NCBI GenBank assembly: GCA_964016885.1
Contig: OZ024742.1
Coordinates: 290,222,001-290,286,000, forward strand
Length of the DNA: 64,000 nucleotides
Source: Eledone cirrhosa
Lineage: Eukaryota
Direction: 5' to 3'
Below, piece by piece: positions 11,158 to 24,100 of this stretch. A program made the translations under genes and the position numbers. The notes below the pieces were generated by a model. That model saw only the letters and a list, made by a program, of their open reading frames with translations. It ran no database searches and was not told where the DNA came from. The stretch's first letter is position 1. Each line of letters opens with the position of its first letter.

Positions 11158-14135
11158 ACCTGGAGAGTCTGGGCACGGCAGACCCCCCCCCCCCATTAAT
11201 TCTCCTTATCGTGCCTTTTTCATAAAAGATCGAATTTCAAACAAATTGTTTATGGTCGACACAGGATCTAGCTGCAGTATTTGGTCCCTTCGTTTCAGCT
11301 GTACCAAGCCAAATTTTTCCGGTATTTCCTTGTATGCAGTAAACCAGTCTCCTATAAAAACTTATGGACAAATATCTTTATCATTGGACCTAGCTTTGCG
11401 TTGGGATTTCAAATGGATTTTCATTGTAGCGGACCTACCCCACCCTATTCTCGGTGCTGATTTTTTACACCACTACTCACTGTTAGTAGATGTCAGGAAA
11501 CAAAAACTTGTGGATGGCACCACATCTTTATCTACACCTGCTCGTGGTTCTACTGTTGCCACCATAAGTCCCGTGTGTTTCATAGCTGCCTCTGGAAACC
11601 AGTTTCATTCTCTTCTTGCCTCGTTTCCCGAGTTAACTGACATTTCATTTAAACCGAATCAGGTAATCCACTCGACTCAACATTTTATTACAACAACTGC
11701 TCCGCCTGTTTTTTCTCGGCCACGTAGGCTGGCTCCAGACAGGCTAAAAAAAGCCAGGGATGAGTTCGATCACATGCTTCAGCTTGGTCTTATACGACTG
11801 TCCACCAGCCCATGGGCATCCCCGCTTCATTTGGCTCGTAAGGGTGAAGCGGATTTTAGACCTGTGGGTGATTATAGACGACTTAACGCTATCACAACAC
11901 CTGATCGTTATCCTCTACCAAATTTACAGGATTTTTCATCCGCTCTGCATGGATGCAAGATATTTTCTAAAATAGATCTGGTACGCCATTACCATCAAAT
12001 ACCCATGCATCCGGAAGACATACCAAAAACAGCTTTGACCACCCATTTTAGTTCGTTTGAATTCCTATCCATGCCTTTTGGTTTGTGGAATGCTTCTAGT
12101 ACGTTCCAGCGTTTTATCGATGAAGTCACGCGTGGATTGGATTTCGTGTTTGCTTACGTTGATGATCTCCTGATAGCCAGTGATTCGGATGAACACCATC
12201 ATCAACATCTATCTCTGTTATTTCAACGTCTCCAATCGTACCAAGTCAGAATCAACCCAGCTAAATGTGTGTTTAGTGGAGATTCACTGGAATTCCTCGG
12301 ACACCTTATAGATTCAGAAGGCATTATTCGTCCTTTGCCAGCTAAAGTAGAGGCGATTCAGCAATTAGCCCCACCAACATCCTTGAAACAATTACGCCAT
12401 TTCTTGGGATTAATTAACTTTTATCGTCGCTTTATTCCTAACTGTGCGGACAAGTTATTCCCCTTGACACAGTTTTTAGGGGCTGCAAAAAAGAAAGATG
12501 AAAAAAATTTCACTTTCTGCCGATGCATTGCAGTCTTTTAAATCCGTCAAGTCTGAGCTAGCTAAAGTTTCCTTCCTTGCCCATCCTGTTGCAAATGCGA
12601 GACTTTCCTTATCTGTTGATGCATCTGATCGTGCTGTTGGTGCAGTTTTGTATCATGTAAACGATCACCAAGTTCAACCATTGACATTTTTCTCTCGCCA
12701 ATTAAAACCAGCAGAACAGAGATACAACACCTTTGACAGAGAACTTTTGGCGATTTATCTTGCCGTGAAGCACTTCCACCATCTTTTGGAGGGGCGGGAG
12801 TTCACGATATTCACGGACCACAAACCGTTAACGTTCGCTTTACAATCCAAGTCCGACAAGTACTCTCCGAGAGCGTATAGGCATCTGGATCTCATCTCAC
12901 AGTCTATCAGTGACATTCGACACATAGCTGGAACTTCCAACATACCTGCGGATGCACTATCTCGACTTTCTGTGTGTTCTCTTGCATCTCCTGCACATAT
13001 CGATTTAGTTGCCATTGCAACTGACCAACCTTCCTTGGATTCGCTGGACATTTCCTCTGACCAGTTCTCCTGCTGCAAATTGGAATATTTACCTCTTCCA
13101 TCTTCTGAAGGGAAAATTCTCTGCGATGTTTCTACTGGCTCACCCAGACCACTTGTTCCAGATTGTTATCTGTGTACCGTTTTTGATGGACTTCATTCCT
13201 TGTCACATCTTGGCATAGCTGCCACGGTGAAGCTTATTATGGCTCGATTCTTCTGGCCTAATATGCGTCGTTTAATCACCGGTTGGGCACGTTCTTGCTT
13301 GAAGTGTCAGCACTCTAAGATTCATCAGCATGTCCGCGCTCCTCTTGGGAAATTCAGCCCGCCAAACGCACGTTTCCGTCATATACACATGGATATTGTT
13401 GGTCCATGGCCTGTTAGTCGTGGATTCACATACATATTGACTTGTATCGATCGTTTCTCTCGGTGGCCTGAAGTCATACCCCTCATGGACATAACAGCAG
13501 AGTCCGTTGCCCGAGCTTTCATTTCCAATTGGATTGCTCGTTTCGGTGTTCCTACTAAAATAACTATGGATCGTGGACGCCAATTTGAGGCTTCCTTATT
13601 TCATGAAATATCACGACTCTTGGGTGCTCATCACATCGATACGACCAGCTATCACCCAGCCTCCAATGGAATGATCGAGAGGTTTCATAGACAGTTGAAA
13701 GCTGCACTTCGCGCTACTCCTGATCCACAACGTTGGACTGAATTTTTGCCTATCGTGCTTCTTGGTTGTTGTGCTGCCATTAAGACAGATTTAGGTTTTT
13801 TTTCTGCTGAACTTCTTTATGGTACCATATTGACTCTTCCTGGACAAATGTTAGCACCAGTGGATTCATCACATCTTGACCCAGCATCATATGTCACCAG
13901 GATTCGTTCGTATTTCTCGGATCTTCCACCGATGAACCCTCGTGACCAGTCTATTTCTTCTGCTGTCCCATCAGACATCTCTACGTGGACACACATTTTC
14001 ATACGGAATGATTCCGTCAAGGGACCTCTTACGTCACCTTATAATGGACCTTTTCGTGTGCTTTCGCACATACCCAAACATTTCACATTCCACATACCAC
14101 ACAACCTTATGTCACACGAGGTGGCAGGACGGTAA
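11102..14135 (+). pseudogene. pol: Gypsy B pol (PR-RT-RNaseH-IN), frameshifted near 12500
   Basis: VDTGS (protease), YVDD (RT), VDASD/DRELLA/TDHKPL (RNase H), H..H..C..C plus HMDIVGP/MDRGRQF/IERFH (integrase). Confidence 0.95.
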
Positions 14136-14512
14136 AATGGCCACGAAAACTCTCAAAAACAATATACATTTAAACCCCAGTGGCATGCATTAACATACCT
14201 CTTCTTTTTCAGTTTTCAGATAGAACTAGTGTCAGAAAAGTTTGTACTCTAGCGCTGTATGAACTATTTGACTTTGAAAAACATTGATTTTACCATTGAG
14301 CATCAATATTCTCTGCTCCTTTGTATGACTATGATTTATCATTCGTTACATTCAAACATTCTTTGTAAAAATGCATTACTTGTTTTATGCTCATTTTGCT
14401 ATTTGCTTGCTCATGTTTTATTCATTCACGTTCTTGTACCTTTTGTTTTGCTCATGTTCTCGCTACAATGATTTCATTTGGTCATTCGACTTCTCGTCTG
14501 AGAGGGGAGTCT

Positions 14513-14959
14513 TGTAGCGCTCTCTAGACAGGGAAGTAGCTAGAGTTACTTCCCGTCGAAAGTCTAGAACCCTCTTTGTAACTTCCGGAAAGAGGATATA
14601 AATAGCGGCAACGCAGTCAAGCTCTCTTTTGGCGCCTTCCTTCGAACTGACAACACTGAAGACAAGCATGTTAACTTTTCTCTAACCACCTATCATGGAT
14701 CTGGACTATACCTAATTATGTACGAGAATATTTGTTTACAACAATTATAACATGAAGCTACAATAAAAATGAAGACTTATATTCGATACCCGTTCCGAGA
14801 AACTGCTTACGTTTTATCATTACCTTTGTAATGGGAATTAACTCTCATTCGACATGGTATTATGTAAAAATATCTTATCCTTTTCTTTATAAAATTTAGT
14901 AGTTAGATTCCGGTGACATTTACTCGAGTAAATAACCCTGGGTCTGCCAGAACACTAAA
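14513..14959 (+). repeat. Gypsy B 3' LTR
   Basis: Follows the PPT; direct repeat of 9641-10087. Confidence 0.95.
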
Positions 14960-15190
14960 CATCTATTGTGAATATATATTAATATACAGCCAGTGTGAAC
15001 ATATATTAATATACAGCCAGTGTGAACATATATTAATATACAGCCAGTGTGAACATATATTAATATACAGCTATTGTGAACATATATTAATATACATCTA
15101 TTGTGAATATATATTCATATACAGCTATTGTGAACATATATTAATATACAGCTATTGTGAACATATTAATATACAAGCAGTGTGAACATA
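14960..15190. repeat. 27-bp minisatellite, right part
   Basis: The same units resume in register immediately after the 3' LTR. Confidence 0.93.
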
Positions 15191-15235
15191 TGGAATTCTC
15201 AAGTATATTTTGAATTGTTTTCTGCTATTTTTCAG

Positions 15236-15472
15236 ATGCTAAAATGGATGTCAAAAAGAAGTTTCATTCTGTCGACAAACAAACTTTGAATTTAAACTTG
15301 AATGAAACTCTTGGTTGGCAAAATGATGCAATGATTGTCTCAAATGTCCACAAAGAAACTTCTGAAAAAAAGCTGATTGAGTTTTTGGAATTGAATGTGA
15401 AGGTAGATGTTCTATTTATCTCACCTGGACAAAAACCTGGAACTTTTCTGGTATATTGCCAAGATGGAATTG
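15236..15472 (+). CDS. PARP14-like gene, exon A (RRM-like)
   Basis: Acceptor TTTTTCAG, donor G|GTAAGT, phase-1 end. Peptide AMIVSNVHKETSEKKLIEFLE is RRM-like. Could also hold the start codon (AAAATGG at 15241). Confidence 0.75.
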
Positions 15473-15928
15473 GTAAGTTACCCAAAGCTCTTGATACCAA
15501 ACCACCTGAAACCAGTCATGGTTCTATGATACAAATCTGTTTCTTTTAAAATGTTTATATTTATCTAAATACTTTCCACCATAGTTTTATGTAAGAACCT
15601 TTGTTTAGTTATGCTCCATTTACCAACTTAGTAATGAAAAAGTTAGTTAAATGACTAAATCCCTTCAAATATTTTAATATTTTTAAGCAGTGACTTTTAC
15701 TAAAAATATGGTTACAAAAAGGTTAAAGTGTATATATTTATCTAAAGCCATTCCATTTTATGTAATAATCTTTATGTTCCAAACACCAGCTTAATAATGA
15801 GAAAGTTAGTTATATTATTAATTCATTCTGAAATCATAATTATTTGAAAAATATAAGCAATATCCTTCATTAGAAATATGGTAACAAAAGGGTTAATGAT
15901 ATACATACATTCTCTGTATTTATAAAAG

Positions 15929-16162
15929 ATTTTGAAGATGTCAAGAAGGCATGTTTGAAGAACAGCTTAATGGAAAATCACCTGACTGTGGATAAGTGTA
16001 AAGAAATAAATAGTATTCTGGTGAAAACAACTTCACACACCACCTCTTCCATTATTCAATGCTATTTTGAAAACAAGAATAAAAGTTCTGGTGGACTCCT
16101 TGCTTCAAAACCTGAAGAAGTAACTAACAATACTTATATGGTAACTTTTCAAGAGAAATCAG
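15929..16162 (+). CDS. PARP14-like gene, exon B (RRM-like)
   Basis: AAG acceptor, donor G|GTAAGT, phase 1-1. YFENKNKSSGG matches the YFENxxxSGG motif of PARP10/PARP14-type RRMs. Confidence 0.85.
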
Positions 16163-16219
16163 GTAAGTTGTTTTCCGCTCTCTCTTTTTATCTGGTCACC
16201 CACACAGTACTGGGTGTTG

Positions 16220-16250
<31 letters not shown>

Positions 16251-16349
16251 TGTTGTTGTTGTTAGGGCAATTGTTTGGCAGAATCATTATAGTATTGGAC
16301 AAAATGTCTTGTGGTAAGGGCTAGTGGTACCATTAAGGTTAACTAACAG

Positions 16350-19300
16350 CAAGGCCAGATTCCGACCTTGGGGGTCCTGGAACACTTCAGGTTTGGTGTC
16401 CTCTTTCATAGACTAAAATAGAATACACAGCAAACCTTCAAATTTACATATCAAAATCTTCTTACTTCATGTAATTGGAATTGACAAATTGTATATACAT
16501 ACACATGTTAAATGGAAAATATAACATGGAAATGTATATATATACAAATGGAAATATATATAATATGTAAATGCTAAATGTTATACATAAATGTACTGAG
16601 CAATTAGTGTCAGTGCTGTTGCAGAGTTACACTAAAAACTTAGGTCAAAAACATCCCACATCTATCATAGGACAGTAAAAAAAATCTGTCAATGCTAAAC
16701 ATTATCTAAACTAAGTACAGTAAGTTATGCCTATTTAGATCTAAGTGCATCACTACAATACCGACAAAAAGTATTTCTACACTTGGCATTTGCAAAATCT
16801 TTAATTAACTCATTAAACTGCATCATCTTCAGAACACTGCTTTCTACATCCTGTAGGCACAGAGCACTTAGTCCTTATGAGGGCCAATTTGTTGAATGAT
16901 TTCTCTCCTGGACACCTAGTAACTATCAAGCTCAAATATGTTATAAGCACTTCATCAACACTTGGAAGAGTATCAGTAAAACTGACTGTTGAGATGGCAT
17001 GAATCATGACCTGAACTTGGAAAAGGCTGCAAAGTGGACAAGTTCTATTAACACATTACTAAAATCATAGGGAAAAGTAGTGATAAGTTATTCAGCTTCA
17101 GTTCTTATCTCTGCACGAGGGAAGCTACAGAAGTTTACTATTGTTTGAACTTGTCATGCACTAATTCATAAGCTACCCTATGGACTAGGTGCTTTTGCAT
17201 AACCACCCTACAGGTTGGATTGGATTAGGTGCGTGTGTTGTGGCACCACAGCACAGTGGGAGAGAAAGCGACATATCAAATGGGTGGCCTTGAAGAGAAT
17301 GAACTGTGCTTGGTAGTGTATTGTGGAATGTGCCCAGTTTTCCATGCATGAGTTGGACTGAAAAGGTGTATTAGAAATTTGGCAGGGAATAGGTGGGAGC
17401 ACATCATTATCATTGTTAAACATCTTTTGCCAGACAGTCTATCACATTCTGTGACTAGGCTGGACAGGTGACTACAACCAGTTTATATGTTGTTTTGTTT
17501 TGGTATTACCTCTGTTGGCTTGATGCCATCCCTAACTCCATTAGAGCATTTTATCATGCTACAGAGTGGGACATGTCCAGCTTTCCATGTTGGCATTAGT
17601 TGAATGTGGAAAAGGGGAGGTGTATCCATCTCTGTGTTGGTATGGGTTAGGCTAGGATAGGAGGAGACTGGCTGTCTTTACATGTTAGAAAGAGTTGGAC
17701 AGGATGAGCAAGGTGTGGGAAGAACTAGGCATTAAAAGTCCCACAGCTGAGTTTTTTTTGGGGGGTGGGGTGGGGTGACAACCTCTTCTGAGACTGATGT
17801 TGAATTTACATCATATTTGATTCTTTTTCTTAGCAGCCTCCTGGCTGTCATTTTATAGTCTGTGATGGCATCCAGTTTCAATTCTTCATACCTATTCCGA
17901 ATAAATCTCAGAAACTTTTCCAGAATCAGTTAGATCCACCACATTATTCAGGTCAACTTTAACTCTTTGAAAAGTTTTATTTGTGCTGTTGAAGTACAAG
18001 AATGAAGTTCCATCTTTTGGCCATCAGGGCAATTTCAAGATTTCATTTTGTTTGCCAATCGTCTGTACTTCATATCTTGCTTCAGGTGTTTGCTCCAAGT
18101 CACTTTCAATATCTTAGAATGTATTTTCAATGCAGTTGTACCCATCTATGTGGACTTCAGTAATTTTAACTCTTGCTGACCAATGTATGTGTATTTTTTT
18201 TTTTTTTGTACATCCATTCACTCATTCATTTACTGCCATTCTACCTTCCTGTGTCTCCCCCTCCATGCAGCTCCTTTTCGCTCTCGTTTTCGCTCTCGTT
18301 TTCCATATATATAGGTGAGCTATGCTGCCCTCTTACCAGCACTTTCCCTTCTAACCACACACACCAGCCACCCACCCCTGATACCGCTCGGTGCCCCAGT
18401 CCCCGGCCCCACCCCCCACCCCTCCAAATCGACACCTGCACCACTTGTGGCACTACTAACAAACGGAAGAGGGGCCGGAACTGTTTGGGGTGCGGCTGCT
18501 TCCACCACCTCACCTGCGTTGGCTTGACTCGTCGCGCTTCCAATACCCTTGCAGTGTGGAGGTGCAGGAGCTGCCTGTTCCCCACGTCTTCCCAGCCACA
18601 GCCGTCTGGCACACCACCAGATGGGACAGCGAGCTTGCCTGACGCCCGAGCCTCGCTGGTCAACATCGCTTGGCTCAGGCGGCTCCGGAAGATCCCACTC
18701 AGGATCCCGAGAGCGGCACGGGTGCCAGTAGCCGATGCACTCGCTTCCTCGATTGAGAGCGTCCTGGACTCCAATCGAGCCAGTGACTGGGAGCGGCTGT
18801 TCTATTTCGCCCACTTGCCCTCGGCCTCCCCAGCTCTGGCGCTGACCGGGGCGGCCAGTCAACAGCAGCCTTTGTCAAGGCCAATGTCTCGTCATTTGGG
18901 CAAGCGCCCATTCCAGGGACGCCACACACCCCACCCTCAGATACCCCCTATCCTCTACCCCCGAGGCCAGCGCCAAGCGTTTGCGTGACCAGGTAAACGC
19001 AAAGCTTATCATGGGTGATGTCTCAGCCGCAGTCAGAGTTGTTGCCTCAGAGGACACTGTCCTCCAACCCACCGAGGAGATCCTGGCTGCTCTGTGGCTC
19101 AAACACCCTGAGCCACCCACTGATCTCAGACCCATACCCCCACCTGACCCCCACCTGCTCCTTGTGGCTACTGATGCAGATATGTCCGCCATCAGGTCCT
19201 TCCCAGCTAGCAGCTGCGGAGGTGTTGATGGTCTCCAACCAGGCCACCTCAATGAGTTGACATCCCCCCTCTCCGCTGAGGCCGGGCGCTGCCTTCTGAG

Positions 19301-21800
19301 TGCAATCATGGTGCTCACCAATAGGCTCATTCATGGTGCCCTCGACCCTTACGCCCGAGGCCTCTTTTTTTCTCAGGAAAAAAGAGGGTGGCATACGCCC
19401 CATTGCTGTGGGCAATGTCTTCCGGAGGCAGGCTGCCAAGGTGATCTGCAAGTCCGTCACACACAAACTGGGTGAGGAGTTTAGTCCGGTGCAACTGGGG
19501 TCGGCGTGTCCGGTGGCTGTGAGGGAGCCTCTCATGCAATCAGGCAGTTCTTCAGCAGCTGCCCATCGCTACCGGTATCTAGGCACCTCATTGTCAAGCT
19601 TGACATGAGGAATGCCTTTAACTGTTTACGCCGGGATCATCTGCTCGAGGCCTACCTCAGCTGAGCCGCCTCAGCCTACCCGCTGGCCTACCTGTCATAT
19701 GGAGCATGCTCCTAGCTGCTGATACGGTCATACCCTCGGCTATTGGGGTCCAACAGGGCGACCCTTTGGGACCCCTCCTGTTCACCCTTGGTATTGACCA
19801 TATCGCCCGGAGTATCACGGGCCCCTCTCAACGTTTGGTATCTGGATGATGCTAATTTGGACGGGCCCGTATGGACGGTCTGCCAAGACCTTCAATCGGT
19901 GATTCCTGCCCTGGCGGGAACTGGCCTCCAAGTCAAATCGGCCAAGTCGGAGGTGGTGAACGTCAGCCTTGATGCTGTGAGCTTCGCAGCCTCCATCTTG
20001 GACGTGCGGTCCATTCTCCGCAAGGTTCAGGTGACCCCCAAAGAGGATGTCCTCATCCTCAGGTCACCGATCCACCCGCCGGCCATCCACTCCACTATCA
20101 GATCCAGGCTTCAACAGCTCCAGACTCTCACGAGCCGACTGGGCTTGATTGACGGCCACCCAGCTCTCTTTCTGCTGAGGAACTGCTTTGCCATGCCTAA
20201 GCTCCTCTATACACTCCGCAGCGCTCCATGCTACACCCAGACATCTCTCCTCGCTGACCTCGATACTTGTATCTGAGCAGCAGCCGAGGGGATATGCAAC
20301 GTCAAGTTTGACGACATAGGGTGGCAACAGGCCACTTTACCTGTCAGGTATGGCGGCCTAGGCCTCCAGTCCCCGATCTCACCAGCTTTGCCGGCGTATC
20401 TTTCGTCGGTAACCTCGTGCAGCGTCCTCGTCAGCAGGGTTCTTCAAAACACAACAGAACCCTCTGTGTTCAGAGAACGTGAGGCCGCCTGTGAGACGTG
20501 GGATTGGATGGGACTAGCCCAGTAGACGTCCCTCCTCTTTCTCCCCCTGTTGACGTCAAGTCCCCCAACGCACTTGGGATGCCATCCAGTGCAGCCTGGC
20601 CTCAGACAGGCTCACGCGCCAGCTCGACCGGCACCGCCTTGCTTGTTTTCGTGCGGCCTCCAAACCCCACAGTGGTGCCTGGCTCCATGCTCTGCCCTCC
20701 TCCACTGGCACGCAGCTAGACAACCATAGCCTGCGAATTGGCGTTTCCCTGAGGCTCGGCCTCTGGATCTGCCAGCCACACCAATGTCGCTGTGGTTCCA
20801 CCGTGGCCTCTTTCGGCCTCCACCTGCTTTCCTGTCGCCACAGTGCTGGCCGCACTCCACGCCATACTGCCCTCAACGAGGTCATTAAGCATGGATTGGA
20901 CGCTGCAGGCTTCCCTTCCCAGCTTGAGCCGGTGGGGCTGAATTGAGGGGACGGCAAAAGGCCAGATGGCATGACCATCTTCCCGTTCCGCGGTGGCAAA
21001 CCCCTCGTCTGGGATGCCACTTGCACCGACACTTTCTGCAGTCTGCGACTGACCCAGGTTCTTTTGCACGTCGGGCTGAGGGGGTCAAACTCCTCAAATA
21101 CCGGTCGCTCTCTGACAGGTTTGCGGTCGTTCCCCTGGCAGTGGAAACTTCTGGTGTCCTCGGCCCCAGGGCTACCTCCTTACTCACCACCATAGGCGCT
21201 GAGCTGGCCAGCCATAGGTGTGAGCCCAGCGAGTTGGAGTGGCTTTTCCAGCGCGTCTCCCTTGCCGTCCTCCAGGGAAATGCCTTCTCCATTCCGTCCG
21301 CCGGGGCTGTGGGTGGGTCCCATCGCGTACCAATACATTAGTTAAATACCATTCTTTCATCACAAAGAAATGATATTGCTTTATACAATTGGATCTTTCC
21401 CACTGTGTGGAATAAGCAACGTGGCAGTGACAAGCTCACACTTTATAGTTAGTGTTTATATATATCATTTCAAAGACTTCATTAGATTTGCTTGTCTCTG
21501 TGTTGATGCAAAAAAAAAAACAAAGTATCAAGCCAAAATAACTGATAGCTTCAGTACAACAGTAAGTAATAGCCTGTTCAACATGATTCACTGAATTAGC
21601 TGCATAGGGGGTAGAGACTGCTGCTGCATTCTTATCCTTAAGTCAAGCTTGCATTTCTGTATAGTGACCAGGAATATTGTTGGCATTGTCATAGGACAAC
21701 CCACTGCAGTTTTCAAAATCAATTTCTTCAGTTTTTAGAAATTCTATCTAAGAGGTAGCTAGTACTTCGGCCTTGTGAGAAATTAAATTTCTACTGGCCC
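16350..21800 (-). mobile_element. Ancient hAT (Tip100/ZMYM1-like) transposon relic, interrupted by later insertions
   Basis: Colinear minus-strand remnants: NCSGLSYDNANNIPG (~21690), PCAAHSLN-like (~21600), FF.ASTQR (~21510), WSARV (~18175), TNKTFQ..DL (~17970), dimerisation domain LIVTRCPGEKSFNKL (16813..17007), DFANAKCR (~16790). Confidence 0.75.
18240..21345 (+). mobile_element. CRE-like non-LTR retrotransposon (PHD - RT - CCHC - restriction-like endonuclease), frameshifted
   Basis: RKKEGGIRPIAVG, KLDMRNAFN, GVQQGDPLGPLLF, WYLDD. Zinc motif CRCG...HLLSC...RHTALNE and RLE motif RPDG...VWDATC...AVETSG. N-terminal C4HC3 at about 18436-18575. Visibly GC-richer than the flanks. Confidence 0.85.
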
Positions 21801-22670
21801 TCCAGTGGATGATGTCTGATCATTGTGGGATATGCTTGGCTTCCCTTGAGGGACTAAAAGAGGGTGTTTATATGCTACTTGCAGTGGGGTGGGGGTGGAG
21901 GCCGCGAGATTATTATGTCTGGCTTTCCTAGGCTGGGTGTCAGGGGCAAAATGTTAACTGATCAACATGAGCCATATTTGCTGCTTCCAACGTGATTTTA
22001 TATGATTTTATATGTTAAGTTACCATCTTAATCTTTAGCATGCTGAATTTTTGTAATGAATTGTTTCCCTTGACCCTGGATTATGTATTAAGGGGAGATC
22101 ACTCTATTAGTGAAATAAGATGTCTAGAGTGCTCAGAAGGTTAATAATGAAATAATAATTTTACAAAATCCTTCAAAATTCTTCATTATTTAATTGAAAT
22201 ACTGCATTTCATTAAAAATATTGGAACAATATTTCATTTACAAAAGAAACAATAAAAAAAGAAGGAAAAAATGGCAACACATGCACACTCAGTTGCACAC
22301 TACAGATAGAAAATGCTGTATCACTTATAAAAACTCTTTGAGGAAAGTGAAGACAGTTTCAGCATTACTGTGAGTGATAGCGAAACTAAGACACTGAAAT
22401 AACTAAGCTTCCTCATGAGCATCATCTTATATTTCAGTAAAATATGTCATCAATGATGACAAAAACATTGCTGTCAGAAGTCCAGCTATCACAAATGCTC
22501 AATTACCACAGAGAAATAGGATTTACCAAACGAAATTGGTTTTTTCAGTAGTTTATTCACCACCTTCACAGTAGTATATAGGATGTAAGATAGAGTGAAA
22601 GAGTCACTGATAGTGGCATCTTATCTAACCCATGGGCAAATTGTAAGACCACCAAACCTCTTCCCATTAA

Positions 22671-24096
22671 CCCTTTAGCATTCAAACCGACAAGATTATG
22701 TCCCCTTTCATTTATTCAAACCAACAAAAACCGACATTTAATACCACACGGAGATCTCCTTCTAAAAATAAACATTGACATCATCGAAATCTCGTCAATT
22801 CGAGATTATTGCGAGATAAAACTCTTACGCGCGAAAATTAACTCTTAGTATAGTTAAAGAACTTGCGATAACACGTGTTTTTAACGTTGAAAGTGTAACA
22901 TGGCTTCCAAAAGTAGCGACAACGAATTTGAAGGTTTTACGTCCAACGACATTCGAGATCAAAAAGAAACAGAAGATAATATCAGTGATTTATCTTCAAA
23001 CGAATCAGATATATTTATTTCTGATATATCTGATAGTCACTTTGAAAGTGAAAGAGAAGATTTGACTGACACCATTGAAAAAACACCAACGTGGTTGAAA
23101 GAAACAACATCGATACATGTTTCGGATTTTACTGAAAATATTGGACCACAACACACATTATCACCCGATGCTAAAGCACTGGATTATTTTTTTTTATTTT
23201 TACCACAAACTTTCTTCGAAGTTGTGGCAAATCGCTATGCACAACAACAAATTTATAATATCGGAAAACCCGATCTGTTATGGCGTCCGACAGATTCTGC
23301 CGAAATGAAAGCGTTTTTTACCATAAATATTATGTTTGGTATTAAACAATTTCCACGACTGGAATTATTGGAGTACTGATATAAGGTTTGGTGACCCTTA
23401 TATATCTAGTATTATGGCAAAAATGAGATTCATCAAATTAAACCAGTATTTGCATCTGGTTGATACTTCAAATGCCCCTGGTAGAAATGAATCAAATTAC
23501 GACCCACTGTACAAAGTACGACCATTAATTGAAATATTGTCAGAAAAATTTAAAAGTGTGTATAAACTTATATATTGGGAACATTCTGTTACGTAAATTT
23601 ACACCATACATTTACAGAGTACATTGCTAATATTATTTTGACTGGTGAAAAGGTTTTATAAATTTTTTTCAATGAAAATATTTGCCTGGAATGTAGAGAA
23701 AGACTAAAACCTTGTACTGATTACACCTGCATTTTTAATTAATTCACCTGTTCGGAAAACTACTAGAATTGATGGAAATCAGCATCTAGGTCATTATTGG
23801 ATTTTTTTGCAACAAATCTAACAGATAAGGCAGATAAAGTTTAAATTTTTGGTGTTTATCCATAACGTTATTACTTTTACACCTGCCCATAAAAGTCAAA
23901 TTTAACAAAAAAAATCAGGTAAAAATATATAATTGTAAATTATAGTTATTTCTACTGACAAAATTTCAAGTCTGCACATAGAAAATTAAAGTAATTACAA
24001 ACAAATAAAATTGATAACTCTCTTGAGTATAATTAAGTGAAAATAATGCAAATAGATGAACATGACATTTGACAATTCAATGTGAATGCTAAAGGG
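22671..24096 (+). mobile_element. Internally deleted piggyBac element, copy 1
   Basis: TTAA on both sides, TIR CCCTTTAGCATTCA. PGBD4-like N-terminal half (22900..23596, DPLYKVRPLI) with a 2-bp frameshift relative to copy 2. Confidence 0.93.
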
Positions 24097-24100
24097 TTAA

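Larger units (their letters stand above)
9641..14959 (+). mobile_element. Full-length Ty3/Gypsy LTR retrotransposon B (disabled ORFs)
   Basis: Two ~447-bp LTRs, PBS TGGTGACCCGACGT at 10089, PPT GAGAGGGGAG at 14500-14509, TSD CATC, domain order gag-PR-RT-RH-IN. Confidence 0.97.

Noticed and set aside
15473-15549. C-terminal extensions of ORFs 15244..15549 and 15955..16317 (including poly-Val/Ala)
   Set aside because: They run past strong GTAAGT donors into intronic repeat and (GTT/GCT)n microsatellite.
22900-23596. Domesticated PGBD host gene
   Set aside because: Enclosed by TIRs and TTAA, truncated before the catalytic core, and frameshifted in copy 1.
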